From Candidatus Tectimicrobiota bacterium (lineage in GTDB: Bacteria > JACPUC01), in NCBI GenBank assembly GCA_016192455.1, contig JACPUC010000007.1, positions 1-64,000 on the forward strand: a DNA stretch of 64,000 nt. Reading direction: 5' to 3'. This document shows positions 56,699 through 64,000 of the stretch, in pieces (position 1 is the stretch's first letter; every line of letters starts with the position of its first letter). A program made the position numbers and the translations under genes. The notes beneath the pieces are model-generated. The model was not told the DNA's origin. It saw only the letters and a list, made by a program, of their open reading frames with translations, and did no database searches.

Positions 56699-57658
56699 TT
56701 GAGCGTCATCACGAGTCGCGAGCTGGTCCTTGCTGATGGGCAAAACCTGGCGGAACTCTTCGGCGTCCACGACGCGCACCTGAAGGAGATCGAAACAGCC
56801 TTCCGGGTGCGCGTCACGACCACGGGATCGCTCCTGCGCATTGAGGGCGACGAGGAGGGGGTGCGCCACGCCAGCCGGGTGATCACCAATCTCCTGGAGC
56901 TCTTGCGCAGCGGCTATCGCCTGCAGCCGCGCGACGTGAAGTTCCTCATGCGGCTCGCCGCCGAGGAGAGCGACGCCGACATCCAGAAGATCTTCAGCGA
57001 ACGCATCGTGCTCCCTTCGAAGCGAGGCTTCGTGACGCCGAAGAGCGAGACCCAGCGCCACTACATCGAGATGATGCGGACGTATGATGTGGTGATCGCC
57101 ATCGGGCCGGCCGGCACTGGCAAGACCTACCTCGCCGTGGCGATGGCGGTGACGGGACTGCTCACCAAGCAGTTCACCCGCATCATCCTGGCGCGGCCGG
57201 CGGTGGAGGCGGGGGAGCGGCTCGGTTTTCTGCCGGGCGATCTGGCGGAGAAGGTATCGCCGTACCTGCGGCCGCTCTATGACGCACTCTACGACATGAT
57301 GGAGTATGACAAGATTCAGACGATGCTCGAGCGCGGCATCATTGAGATGGCGCCTCTCGCCTATATGCGCGGGCGGACCCTCAACGACGCCTTCATCATC
57401 CTCGACGAGGCGCAGAATACGAGCTCGGAGCAGATGCAGATGTTCCTGACCCGCCTGGGCTTCGGCTCCAAGGCGGTGATCACCGGCGACATCACCCAGG
57501 TGGACCTGCCGCCCGAGAAGCCCTCCGGCCTCATTGAGGTGCAGAAGATCGTGCGGGATATCGCCGGCATCAAGTTCGTCTACTTCTCAGACCGCGATGT
57601 CGTTCGCCACGAGCTGGTGCAGCAGATCATCCTGGCCTACGCGCGGCACCGCGAGTAG
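56699..57658 (+). CDS. phoH: PhoH-family ATPase
   Basis: [42 protein letters not shown] start after AAGGAGG. Confidence 0.93.
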   Translation: MSVITSRELVLADGQNLAELFGVHDAHLKEIETAFRVRVTTTGSLLRIEGDEEGVRHASRVITNLLELLRSGYRLQPRDVKFLMRLAAEESDADIQKIFSERIVLPSKRGFVTPKSETQRHYIEMMRTYDVVIAIGPAGTGKTYLAVAMAVTGLLTKQFTRIILARPAVEAGERLGFLPGDLAEKVSPYLRPLYDALYDMMEYDKIQTMLERGIIEMAPLAYMRGRTLNDAFIILDEAQNTSSEQMQMFLTRLGFGSKAVITGDITQVDLPPEKPSGLIEVQKIVRDIAGIKFVYFSDRDVVRHELVQQIILAYARHRE

Positions 57659-57774
57659 CTCCGGGCCGCCGGGCGCTGGGCACGGGCTCGGTTGCCGCCC
57701 CGCCGGCGCGCACCGGAGGGCGACGCGTCCGCGACGGCTACAGGCCAGCCGCCGGACACCTCGCAAGGCATCCC

Positions 57775-58233
57775 ATGCCGGTGCTCATTCAAAACCGCCA
57801 GCGCAAGGTCCGCCTCGACCGCAGGCAGGCACGCCGCGACCTGGAGGCGGCGCTGCGGGCGGTGAGTTGCCCCGACGCCGAACTGAGTCTATGCTATGTA
57901 GGTGAGCGGCGCATGCGCGAGCTGAACCGGCGCTACCGCGGCCTGGATCGGGTTACCGATGTACTCTCGTTCCCGCTGCGCGCGGAGACCCCTGAGCCTG
58001 CCGGCGAGCTGGCCCCCCGCCTGCTCGGCGACGTGGTGGTGGCTCCCGGCGTTGCGGCGCGCCAGGCGCTCGAGCGCGGCCACAGCCTGGCGCAGGAGCT
58101 CCTCCTCCTGGAGATCCATGGCCTGCTGCACCTGCTCGGCTACGATCATGAAGTCTCGCAGGCGGAAGCGCGGCGCATGCGACGTGAAGAACAGCGGGTT
58201 CTGCGCTCCGTCGGCGCTGAGCGGGCACGATGA
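57775..58233 (+). CDS. ybeY: rRNA maturation RNase YbeY
   Basis: LNRRYRG...TDVLSF, LGDVV, HGLLHLLGYDH. Confidence 0.94.
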   Translation: MPVLIQNRQRKVRLDRRQARRDLEAALRAVSCPDAELSLCYVGERRMRELNRRYRGLDRVTDVLSFPLRAETPEPAGELAPRLLGDVVVAPGVAARQALERGHSLAQELLLLEIHGLLHLLGYDHEVSQAEARRMRREEQRVLRSVGAERAR

Positions 58234-58250
58234 CGCAAGGCGGACCATCC

Positions 58251-58772
58251 ATGGCTGACCGCATCTGGGCAGGCTGGCGGATGCAGTACGTGGCAGGACT
58301 GAAAGACGGGGTGTGCGTCTTCTGCGACCGGCCCACCCAACCACCTGAGAACGATGACGCGAACCTCATCATGCGGCGCGACGCCCGTTGCTTCATCATG
58401 ATGAACCGCTACCCGTACTCGAATGGCCACCTCATGATCATCCCGTACGAGCATGCGGCGAGCCTCGTCGATCTGCCCCGCGCGGTGCTCCATGAGATGA
58501 TCCACCTGACGCAGCTCTGCGAACAGGTGCTGCAGCAGGTTTACGCGCCGGATGGCTTTAACATCGGCATCAATCTCGGCGCCGCGGCCGGCGCCGGCAT
58601 CGCCAACCACCTCCACATGCACATCGTGCCGCGCTGGGTGGGAGACTCGAACTTCATCACCACCCTCGGCAATGTGCGCGTCATCCCGGAGTTCTTGGAG
58701 GATACCTATCGACGTTTGAAACCGGTCTTCGAGAGTCTGAGCGCGGCGGGCAGCAAACGTGAGCTTCGTTAA
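58251..58772 (+). CDS. HIT-family nucleotide hydrolase
   Basis: WAGWRMQYV, CVFC, NRYPYSNGHLM, GAGIANHLHMHIVPRW. Confidence 0.92.
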   Translation: MADRIWAGWRMQYVAGLKDGVCVFCDRPTQPPENDDANLIMRRDARCFIMMNRYPYSNGHLMIIPYEHAASLVDLPRAVLHEMIHLTQLCEQVLQQVYAPDGFNIGINLGAAAGAGIANHLHMHIVPRWVGDSNFITTLGNVRVIPEFLEDTYRRLKPVFESLSAAGSKRELR

Positions 58773-59160
58773 GTTCGTTGCCGCCGTCATCCTCTTGTTC
58801 CTGATCGCCAGTTTTGGCGTGAAGAACATGCAGCCGCTGACGCTGGCCTACTTCTTCGGAGACCACAGCGTCCAGCTCCCGACCTTCTTCGCGCTGCTCT
58901 TCTCGGTGCTTATCGGGGCCGTGCTCTCGTGCGCCTTCTTTGGCGTGAGACACCTGCGTTTGCTGCGACAGACAAAGCACTTGGAACGCCAGGTGCGAAA
59001 CCTCCAGGAGGAACTCGCGCGCGCCGTCGCTGCTGTTCCGGCAACTCCTGCCGCAGCCAAGCAGCCCCAGGAAGCGACACCGTCCCCCGTGACGCCCGCC
59101 GCGGAACCGCGCGCCGACCATACCGCCGCCTCGCAAGCGCTCGGCAACCGCGACGGGTAG
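58759..59160 (+). CDS. LapA-family membrane protein
   Basis: Two TM helices (FGVKNMQPLTLAYF between them) followed by a coiled coil. Confidence 0.75.
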   Translation: MSFVKFVAAVILLFLIASFGVKNMQPLTLAYFFGDHSVQLPTFFALLFSVLIGAVLSCAFFGVRHLRLLRQTKHLERQVRNLQEELARAVAAVPATPAAAKQPQEATPSPVTPAAEPRADHTAASQALGNRDG

Positions 59161-59289
59161 AGCCCACCATCAGCCCCTCCTGGCGCCTCCTGTCTCGTTG
59201 AAACCCTGATCCTCGCGGCTTCAGCCTCCCCACTCCCGGCGAGCGAACCTGACGCGAGCGGAAAAAATCACCCGCGGGCTACTTTCGCC

Positions 59290-59345
59290 TTGAGAATGCT
59301 GGGAACTCTTCCTATAGTGATGTTACCTATACCCCTGATAGGTAA
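59290..59345 (+). promoter_or_regulatory. Sigma70-type promoter with operator-like palindrome
   Basis: TTGAGA-17 nt-TATAGT (59290-59318), then TTACCTAT-N7-ATAGGTAA (59323-59345). Confidence 0.65.
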
Positions 59346-59404
59346 ATTGCCCGGGAAGGGGAACCGGGTTTCCCCGTCTCCCTGAGTTGCAAATTGGACC
59401 GGAC

Positions 59405-60289
59405 ATGATTGGACGCCTGAAGCAATGCTCTCCCCACGCCATCCTTCCGGCGGTTGCCGCGCTCTTCCTCATGCTCGTTCCTGCCGCTGGCGGGAGCGCC
59501 GAGGTCAAGGAGCTGCGGGTTTCGGCGATCCCCGATGAAGCGCCCACCGAACTGCTGCGCAAGTTCCAGCCTCTGGCGGCGTACCTCGAGGCGCAGCTCG
59601 GCATGAAGGTGAAGTTCATCCCCCTGCTCGACTACGCCGCCACCGTCGAAGCCCTGGCGGCGAAGAAGGTGGAGATGGTCTGGTATGGCGGCTTCACGCA
59701 CGTGCAGGCGCGCCGGCGGACGGGGAATGCTCTCGCCCTGGTGCAGCGCCTAGAGGACACCGCCTTCCACAGCAAGTTTATCGCCAACGCCGACAGCGGC
59801 ATCACCTCCCTGGGGGACCTGAAGGGGAAGACCTTCACCTTCGGGAGTGTCAGCTCCACCTCCGGCCATCTCATGCCGCGTTACTACCTCCTGAAGCAGG
59901 GCGTCGTGCCGGAGCGTGACTTCGGCAAGTTCAGCTACAGCGGCGCCCACGACGCCACGGCAAAGTGGGTGGAGAGCGGCAAGGTTCAGGCTGGGGTGCT
60001 CAATGAAAGCGTCTGGCAGAAACTCCTGGAAGCAGGGAAGGTTGATCCCTCAAAGGTGAAGGTCATCTGGACGACACCTCCCTACTTCGACTACAACTGG
60101 ACGGTCCGCGGCGATCTCGATCGGCTGCTGCAGTCGAAGATCGTGAAGGCGTTCCTCACTCTTGACGAGGCGAACCCCGAGCAGAAGAAGATCCTGGACC
60201 TGCAGCGCACGCGCGGCTACGTCATCGCCACCGAGGACGACTACCGCGGTATCGAGGAGGCCGCCACGGCGGCGGGCCTGTTGAAGTGA
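59405..60289 (+). CDS. PhnD-family ABC substrate-binding protein, putative selenate-binding subfamily
   Basis: SAIPDEAPTELLRKF, DYAATVEAL, WYGGFT, FGSVSSTSGHLMPR, SGAHDAT, TPPYFDYNW. Confidence 0.8.
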   Translation: MIGRLKQCSPHAILPAVAALFLMLVPAAGGSAEVKELRVSAIPDEAPTELLRKFQPLAAYLEAQLGMKVKFIPLLDYAATVEALAAKKVEMVWYGGFTHVQARRRTGNALALVQRLEDTAFHSKFIANADSGITSLGDLKGKTFTFGSVSSTSGHLMPRYYLLKQGVVPERDFGKFSYSGAHDATAKWVESGKVQAGVLNESVWQKLLEAGKVDPSKVKVIWTTPPYFDYNWTVRGDLDRLLQSKIVKAFLTLDEANPEQKKILDLQRTRGYVIATEDDYRGIEEAATAAGLLK

Positions 60290-61257
60290 CGGCACCCCTC
60301 CATACCATGCCGTTACGCTCCCCGGAGCCTTCTGGTTTGAGAGCGTACGATGCGGGGAGCGCGATGAGTCAAGCACCTGCCACCTCCCAGGCGATGAGCG
60401 GCACGACCGCCTGCATCCTGCGGCTCCATCTGCTGAGCAAGCGCTTCGGCAGCCAGCAGGCAGCAGTGCAGGGCATCACCTTGAACGTGCGGCGCGGCGA
60501 AACGATCGCCGTCATCGGGCCGAGCGGCGCCGGCAAGACGACGCTCTTCCGCATGTTGAACCTCAGCCTGCCGCCGACCTCCGGCTCCATCATCTTTGCT
60601 GGATCGCCGGTCGCCTCGCTGGGTCCCAAGCAGCTTCGCGCCGTGCGGCGGCGCATCGGCAGCATCTACCAGCAGCATCACCTCGTGGGGCGGCTGCGGG
60701 TGCTGCACAACGTGCTGAGCGGGCGACTCGGCCGCTGGCCTACCTGGCGCGCGCTCCTCTCCCTCGTGTACCCCCTGGACCTCGGCGATGCGGCGGCGGC
60801 GTTGCGCGCCGTGGGGCTGGCCGACAAGCTCTACGAACGCACCGATCACTTGAGCGGCGGCCAGCAGCAGCGGGTCGCCCTGGCGCGCGTGCTCCTGCAG
60901 GATGCCGACCTCATCCTGGCGGACGAGCCGGTCGCCTCGGTCGATCCCCAGCTTGCCGATGAGATCGTTGAGCTCCTCGTCACCTTGGGCCGCGAAGCGG
61001 GCAAGACCCTCATCGTGTCGCTGCACCACGTCGGTCTGGCCCTGCGCTACTTCAGCCGCGTCCTCGGCCTGCGCGACGGCGAGATCACCTTTGACTGCCG
61101 CCCGGATGAGGTGACCCCCCTCATGCTGGCGGAGCTCTACGGCGGCGATCGCGTCTTCGGGGGTCGCTCCAGGCAAGCGGATCACGCCAGCGCCGCGCCG
61201 GCGATGCCTCTTCCCACCACCTGCCTCCACTTCCAGCCTCCCGCCACGGCCACATGA
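60286..61257 (+). CDS. PhnC-like ABC ATP-binding protein
   Basis: GPSGAGKTT, LSGGQQQRVALAR, LADEPVASVDP. Start uncertain. Confidence 0.88.
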   Translation: MTAPLHTMPLRSPEPSGLRAYDAGSAMSQAPATSQAMSGTTACILRLHLLSKRFGSQQAAVQGITLNVRRGETIAVIGPSGAGKTTLFRMLNLSLPPTSGSIIFAGSPVASLGPKQLRAVRRRIGSIYQQHHLVGRLRVLHNVLSGRLGRWPTWRALLSLVYPLDLGDAAAALRAVGLADKLYERTDHLSGGQQQRVALARVLLQDADLILADEPVASVDPQLADEIVELLVTLGREAGKTLIVSLHHVGLALRYFSRVLGLRDGEITFDCRPDEVTPLMLAELYGGDRVFGGRSRQADHASAAPAMPLPTTCLHFQPPATAT

Positions 61258-62102
61258 GCAGCGCACCCCTCGACCCGCAGCATCCGCGGCAGCCGCTTCC
61301 CTACCTGAAGCTGCTGCTGGCCCTCGTCGCCTTCGGCGCCGCCTGGCGTCTGACGGAAATGCAGCCCTCCGCGCTGTTCGCGGCGGAAGGGCGGCGCAAC
61401 ATGCTCGCCTTCATCGGCGGCATGTTCCCACCCGATCTTTCGGTCGACTTCCTTCAGCGCATGCTCGGGCCGCTCCTGACGACCATCCAGCTCTCCATCG
61501 CCGGCATGGTGCTGGCCATCCTCATCGGCCTGGCGCTGGCGCTGCCCGCCGCCCGCACGCTGCGGTTCGCCGGGGTGCTGCACGAGGTCGCCCTGCGCCG
61601 GCGCCGGCGCTGGCTCCTTGCCGTGCTCCCCTACGCAGGCGCGCGCGGCCTCCTCAACCTCCTGCGCGCCGTGCCGGAGCTGGTGTGGGCACTCATCTTC
61701 GTGCGCGCCGTGGGGCTTGGCGCCTTCCCCGGCGTCCTTGCCATTGGCGTCGCCTACGGCGGCATCTTGGGGAAAATCTACGCCGAGATTATCGAGGGGG
61801 TGGCGCCGCAGCCGCTCGAGACGCTGCAGAGCACGGGGGCCGGCAAGCTCGCTGTCTTCTGCTACGGCATTGTGCCGCAGGCGCTGCCGCACGCCGTCTC
61901 CTACACGCTCTATCGCTGGGAGTGCGCCATCCGCGCCTCGGCGGTCCTCGGCTTCGTCGGCGCCGGCGGCATCGGCCAGGAGATCGAGCTGTCGATGCGC
62001 ATGTTCAACTTCCACGAGGTCATGACACTCCTCATGATGGTGTTCGGCCTCGTGGCGATCACCGATCTCATCAGCGCCGCGGTGCGGCGGCGGCTGCGCT
62101 AG
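61254..62102 (+). CDS. PhnE/PtxC-like ABC permease 1
   Basis: RAVPELVWALIF, GLGAFPGVLA, YRWECAIRASAVLGFVGAGGIG. Confidence 0.9.
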   Translation: MSSAPLDPQHPRQPLPYLKLLLALVAFGAAWRLTEMQPSALFAAEGRRNMLAFIGGMFPPDLSVDFLQRMLGPLLTTIQLSIAGMVLAILIGLALALPAARTLRFAGVLHEVALRRRRRWLLAVLPYAGARGLLNLLRAVPELVWALIFVRAVGLGAFPGVLAIGVAYGGILGKIYAEIIEGVAPQPLETLQSTGAGKLAVFCYGIVPQALPHAVSYTLYRWECAIRASAVLGFVGAGGIGQEIELSMRMFNFHEVMTLLMMVFGLVAITDLISAAVRRRLR

Positions 62103-62126
62103 CGGCAGCCGAAGCGGGGCCTGTCG

Positions 62127-63020
62127 ATGGGTGCTTCCCAGGCGGCGCCTTCCCAGAAGTTCTTCACCTCGAACACCGCCGCGCTTCCCCCCTCTGCGCC
62201 GGCGCGGGCCTGGTGGACTTGGCTGCTGGCCCTCGGGGTGGCGGCACTGATCTGGTGGAGCTTTCGAGGCGTCGGCGTGGACCTCGGCATGCTCCTCGGC
62301 AGCGAGAGCCGCCGCCAGATGCTCAGCTACCTGCTCGATCTCTACCCTCCGGACCTCACCTCGGCGACGGTGCGCAGCGCCCTCTGGGGCAGCATCGAGA
62401 CCCTGGCGATCTCCCTCATGGGCACCCTCCTTGCCGTCCTCATCGCGCTGCTCATGGTGGGCGGCGCCAGCCGCGCCCTGACGACGAGCGGCGTTCTTTT
62501 CACGATGCCAGGCGCCGGCCGCGGACGGCGCCTGACGCTGCTCGGCCTCTCCTTGCTGGCGCGCGGCATCCTGAACATCCTGCGAGCCATTCCGGAGCTC
62601 ATCTGGGCGCTCATCTTCATCCTGGCTGTCGGCCTTGGACCTTTCGCCGGCGTCCTGGCGCTCGGCGTCCACACCGGCGGCGTGCTCGGCAAGCTTTACG
62701 CCGAGACGGTGGAGAGCCTCGATCCGCAACCGCTGGAGGCGCTCCAGGCCACCGGAGCGGGCAAGGTCGCCATCTTCCTTTACGGCATGCTGCCGCAGGC
62801 GGCGCCGCACTTCCTCGCCTATGGCCTCTACCGCTGGGAGGTGAACATCCGCGCCGCCGCCATCCTCGGCTTCGTCGGCGCCGGCGGCCTGGGCAAGCAG
62901 ATGTACGTCTCCCTCAGCCTCTTCCACCACCACCAACTATTGACGCAGCTTCTCGCCCTCTTCGTGCTGGTGACGTTCGTTGATGCGGTGAGCACCTGGC
63001 TGCGCCGTCGGCTCTCCTGA
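62127..63020 (+). CDS. PhnE/PtxC-like ABC permease 2
   Basis: RAIPELIWALIF, GLGPFAGVLA, YRWEVNIRAAAILGFVGAGGLG. Confidence 0.9.
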   Translation: MGASQAAPSQKFFTSNTAALPPSAPARAWWTWLLALGVAALIWWSFRGVGVDLGMLLGSESRRQMLSYLLDLYPPDLTSATVRSALWGSIETLAISLMGTLLAVLIALLMVGGASRALTTSGVLFTMPGAGRGRRLTLLGLSLLARGILNILRAIPELIWALIFILAVGLGPFAGVLALGVHTGGVLGKLYAETVESLDPQPLEALQATGAGKVAIFLYGMLPQAAPHFLAYGLYRWEVNIRAAAILGFVGAGGLGKQMYVSLSLFHHHQLLTQLLALFVLVTFVDAVSTWLRRRLS

Positions 63021-63280
63021 ACCTGGGAGGTGCGCCGCGCCGCCCCGCCCTCTGGCGCTGGGCGAGGGCTCCGTAACCGCATGGCGGCGGCAGGGGAGGG
63101 GGCCGCCGGCGCCGAGCAGCGTTCACGCGCAAGCTCCCTGGAAGGTCGGGCAGGGCAGGGGGGGCCCCTTACCTGGGAGCCCGCCGCTTGCCGGCTACGG
63201 GAGCGAAGGCTATACTAAACCTACGGCTCGGTCCAGGACCCCGATCTCCCACCTGATCGCAGTCAGAGGAGTATCGCGAC

Positions 63281-64000
63281 ATGCTCCATACAACACCGCA
63301 AGCGATGGATGCAGCGTTAGGCCACCTGGTGCGTCGCGGCAACGGCTCGATGTCGATCCTGCATGAGGGCCGCTTCCGCAGCGAGGCCCTCGACCTGCTG
63401 GCGCGCCACGCGGTCTTTGCCTCGGGGAAGGTGCGGGAGCATGCGCGCTGGCTGCTGCGGGCGGCGGCGCCGCGGCTCGGCGTTTACCCGATGTCGATCC
63501 AGCATCTCTACGAGGCCCGCGGCCGCGGTGAGTGCGGCGGCTTCACGGTGCCGGCGATCAACATCCGCGGCCTCACCTACGACGTGGCGCGCGCCATCTG
63601 CCGCGCCGCCCTGAAGCACGCCGCGGGAGCCGTCATCTTCGAGATCGCGCGCTCGGAAGTCGACTACACGGCCCAGCGTCCGGCGGAGTACGCCAGCGTG
63701 GTGCTGGCCGCCGCCATGCGCGAAGGGTTCGAAGGACCGCTCTTCATCCAGGGGGATCACTTCCAGATCAACGCCAAGAAGTTCGCCGCCGATCCCGACA
63801 AGGAGACGAAGGCGGTGCGCGCGCTCGTTTCCGAGGCGATCGCGGCCGGCTTCTACAACATTGACATCGACACCTCCACGCTGGTGGACCTGTCGAAGCC
63901 GACGATCGAGGAACAGCAGCGCGTCAATTTCACGCTGGCGGCGGAGCTGACGAAGCTGGTGCGCGCCGAGCAGCCGGCCGGCGTGACCATCTCCGTGGGC
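63281..64000 (+). CDS. Class II fructose-bisphosphate aldolase-family protein (runs off window end)
   Basis: ATG 63281 after AGAGGAG; GFTVPAINIRG, FEIARSE, GPLFIQGDHFQ, GFYNIDIDTSTLVD. Absent from the ORF track because no stop lies in the window. Confidence 0.82.
   Translation, partial: MLHTTPQAMDAALGHLVRRGNGSMSILHEGRFRSEALDLLARHAVFASGKVREHARWLLRAAAPRLGVYPMSIQHLYEARGRGECGGFTVPAINIRGLTYDVARAICRAALKHAAGAVIFEIARSEVDYTAQRPAEYASVVLAAAMREGFEGPLFIQGDHFQINAKKFAADPDKETKAVRALVSEAIAAGFYNIDIDTSTLVDLSKPTIEEQQRVNFTLAAELTKLVRAEQPAGVTISVG

Overview
GC-rich bacterial chromosome segment. The gene order (hom-apgM-lysC-cimA, glyQS-ppdK, rib operon-nusB-leuS-lptE-holA, murJ-xerD-glnD-phoH-ybeY) resembles Deltaproteobacteria/Nitrospinae/Tectomicrobia-like lineages; this taxonomy is inferred. 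From about 18.7 kb onward the window is mostly housekeeping genes. The first 18.6 kb is accessory: the 3' end of an IS110 transposase, a tungstate (Tup) ABC operon with regulator, a PIN-domain cassette, an LLM oxidoreductase, several ABC binding proteins and a sirtuin. Main hidden signals: (1) two genes that the ORF track splits at an in-frame TGA are probably selenoproteins, a secreted DUF3179 protein with UxxC (TGA 1028-1030) and an AhpD/CMD protein with CxxU (TGA 18295-18297). Each has a SECIS-like hairpin, and a PhnD-like ABC system resembling the putative selenate transporters lies at 59.4-63 kb. (2) The IS110 element appears inserted into a member of an unnamed 45-55 bp repeat family present 4 times. 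(3) A 1.44 kb integrase-less PIN cassette is bounded by two diverged copies of the LLM gene's 3' end. (4) A ~200 bp MITE occurs twice, each copy carrying a different small palindrome at the same internal slot. An FMN riboswitch precedes ribD. All calls come from reading the sequence by eye; no searches were run.
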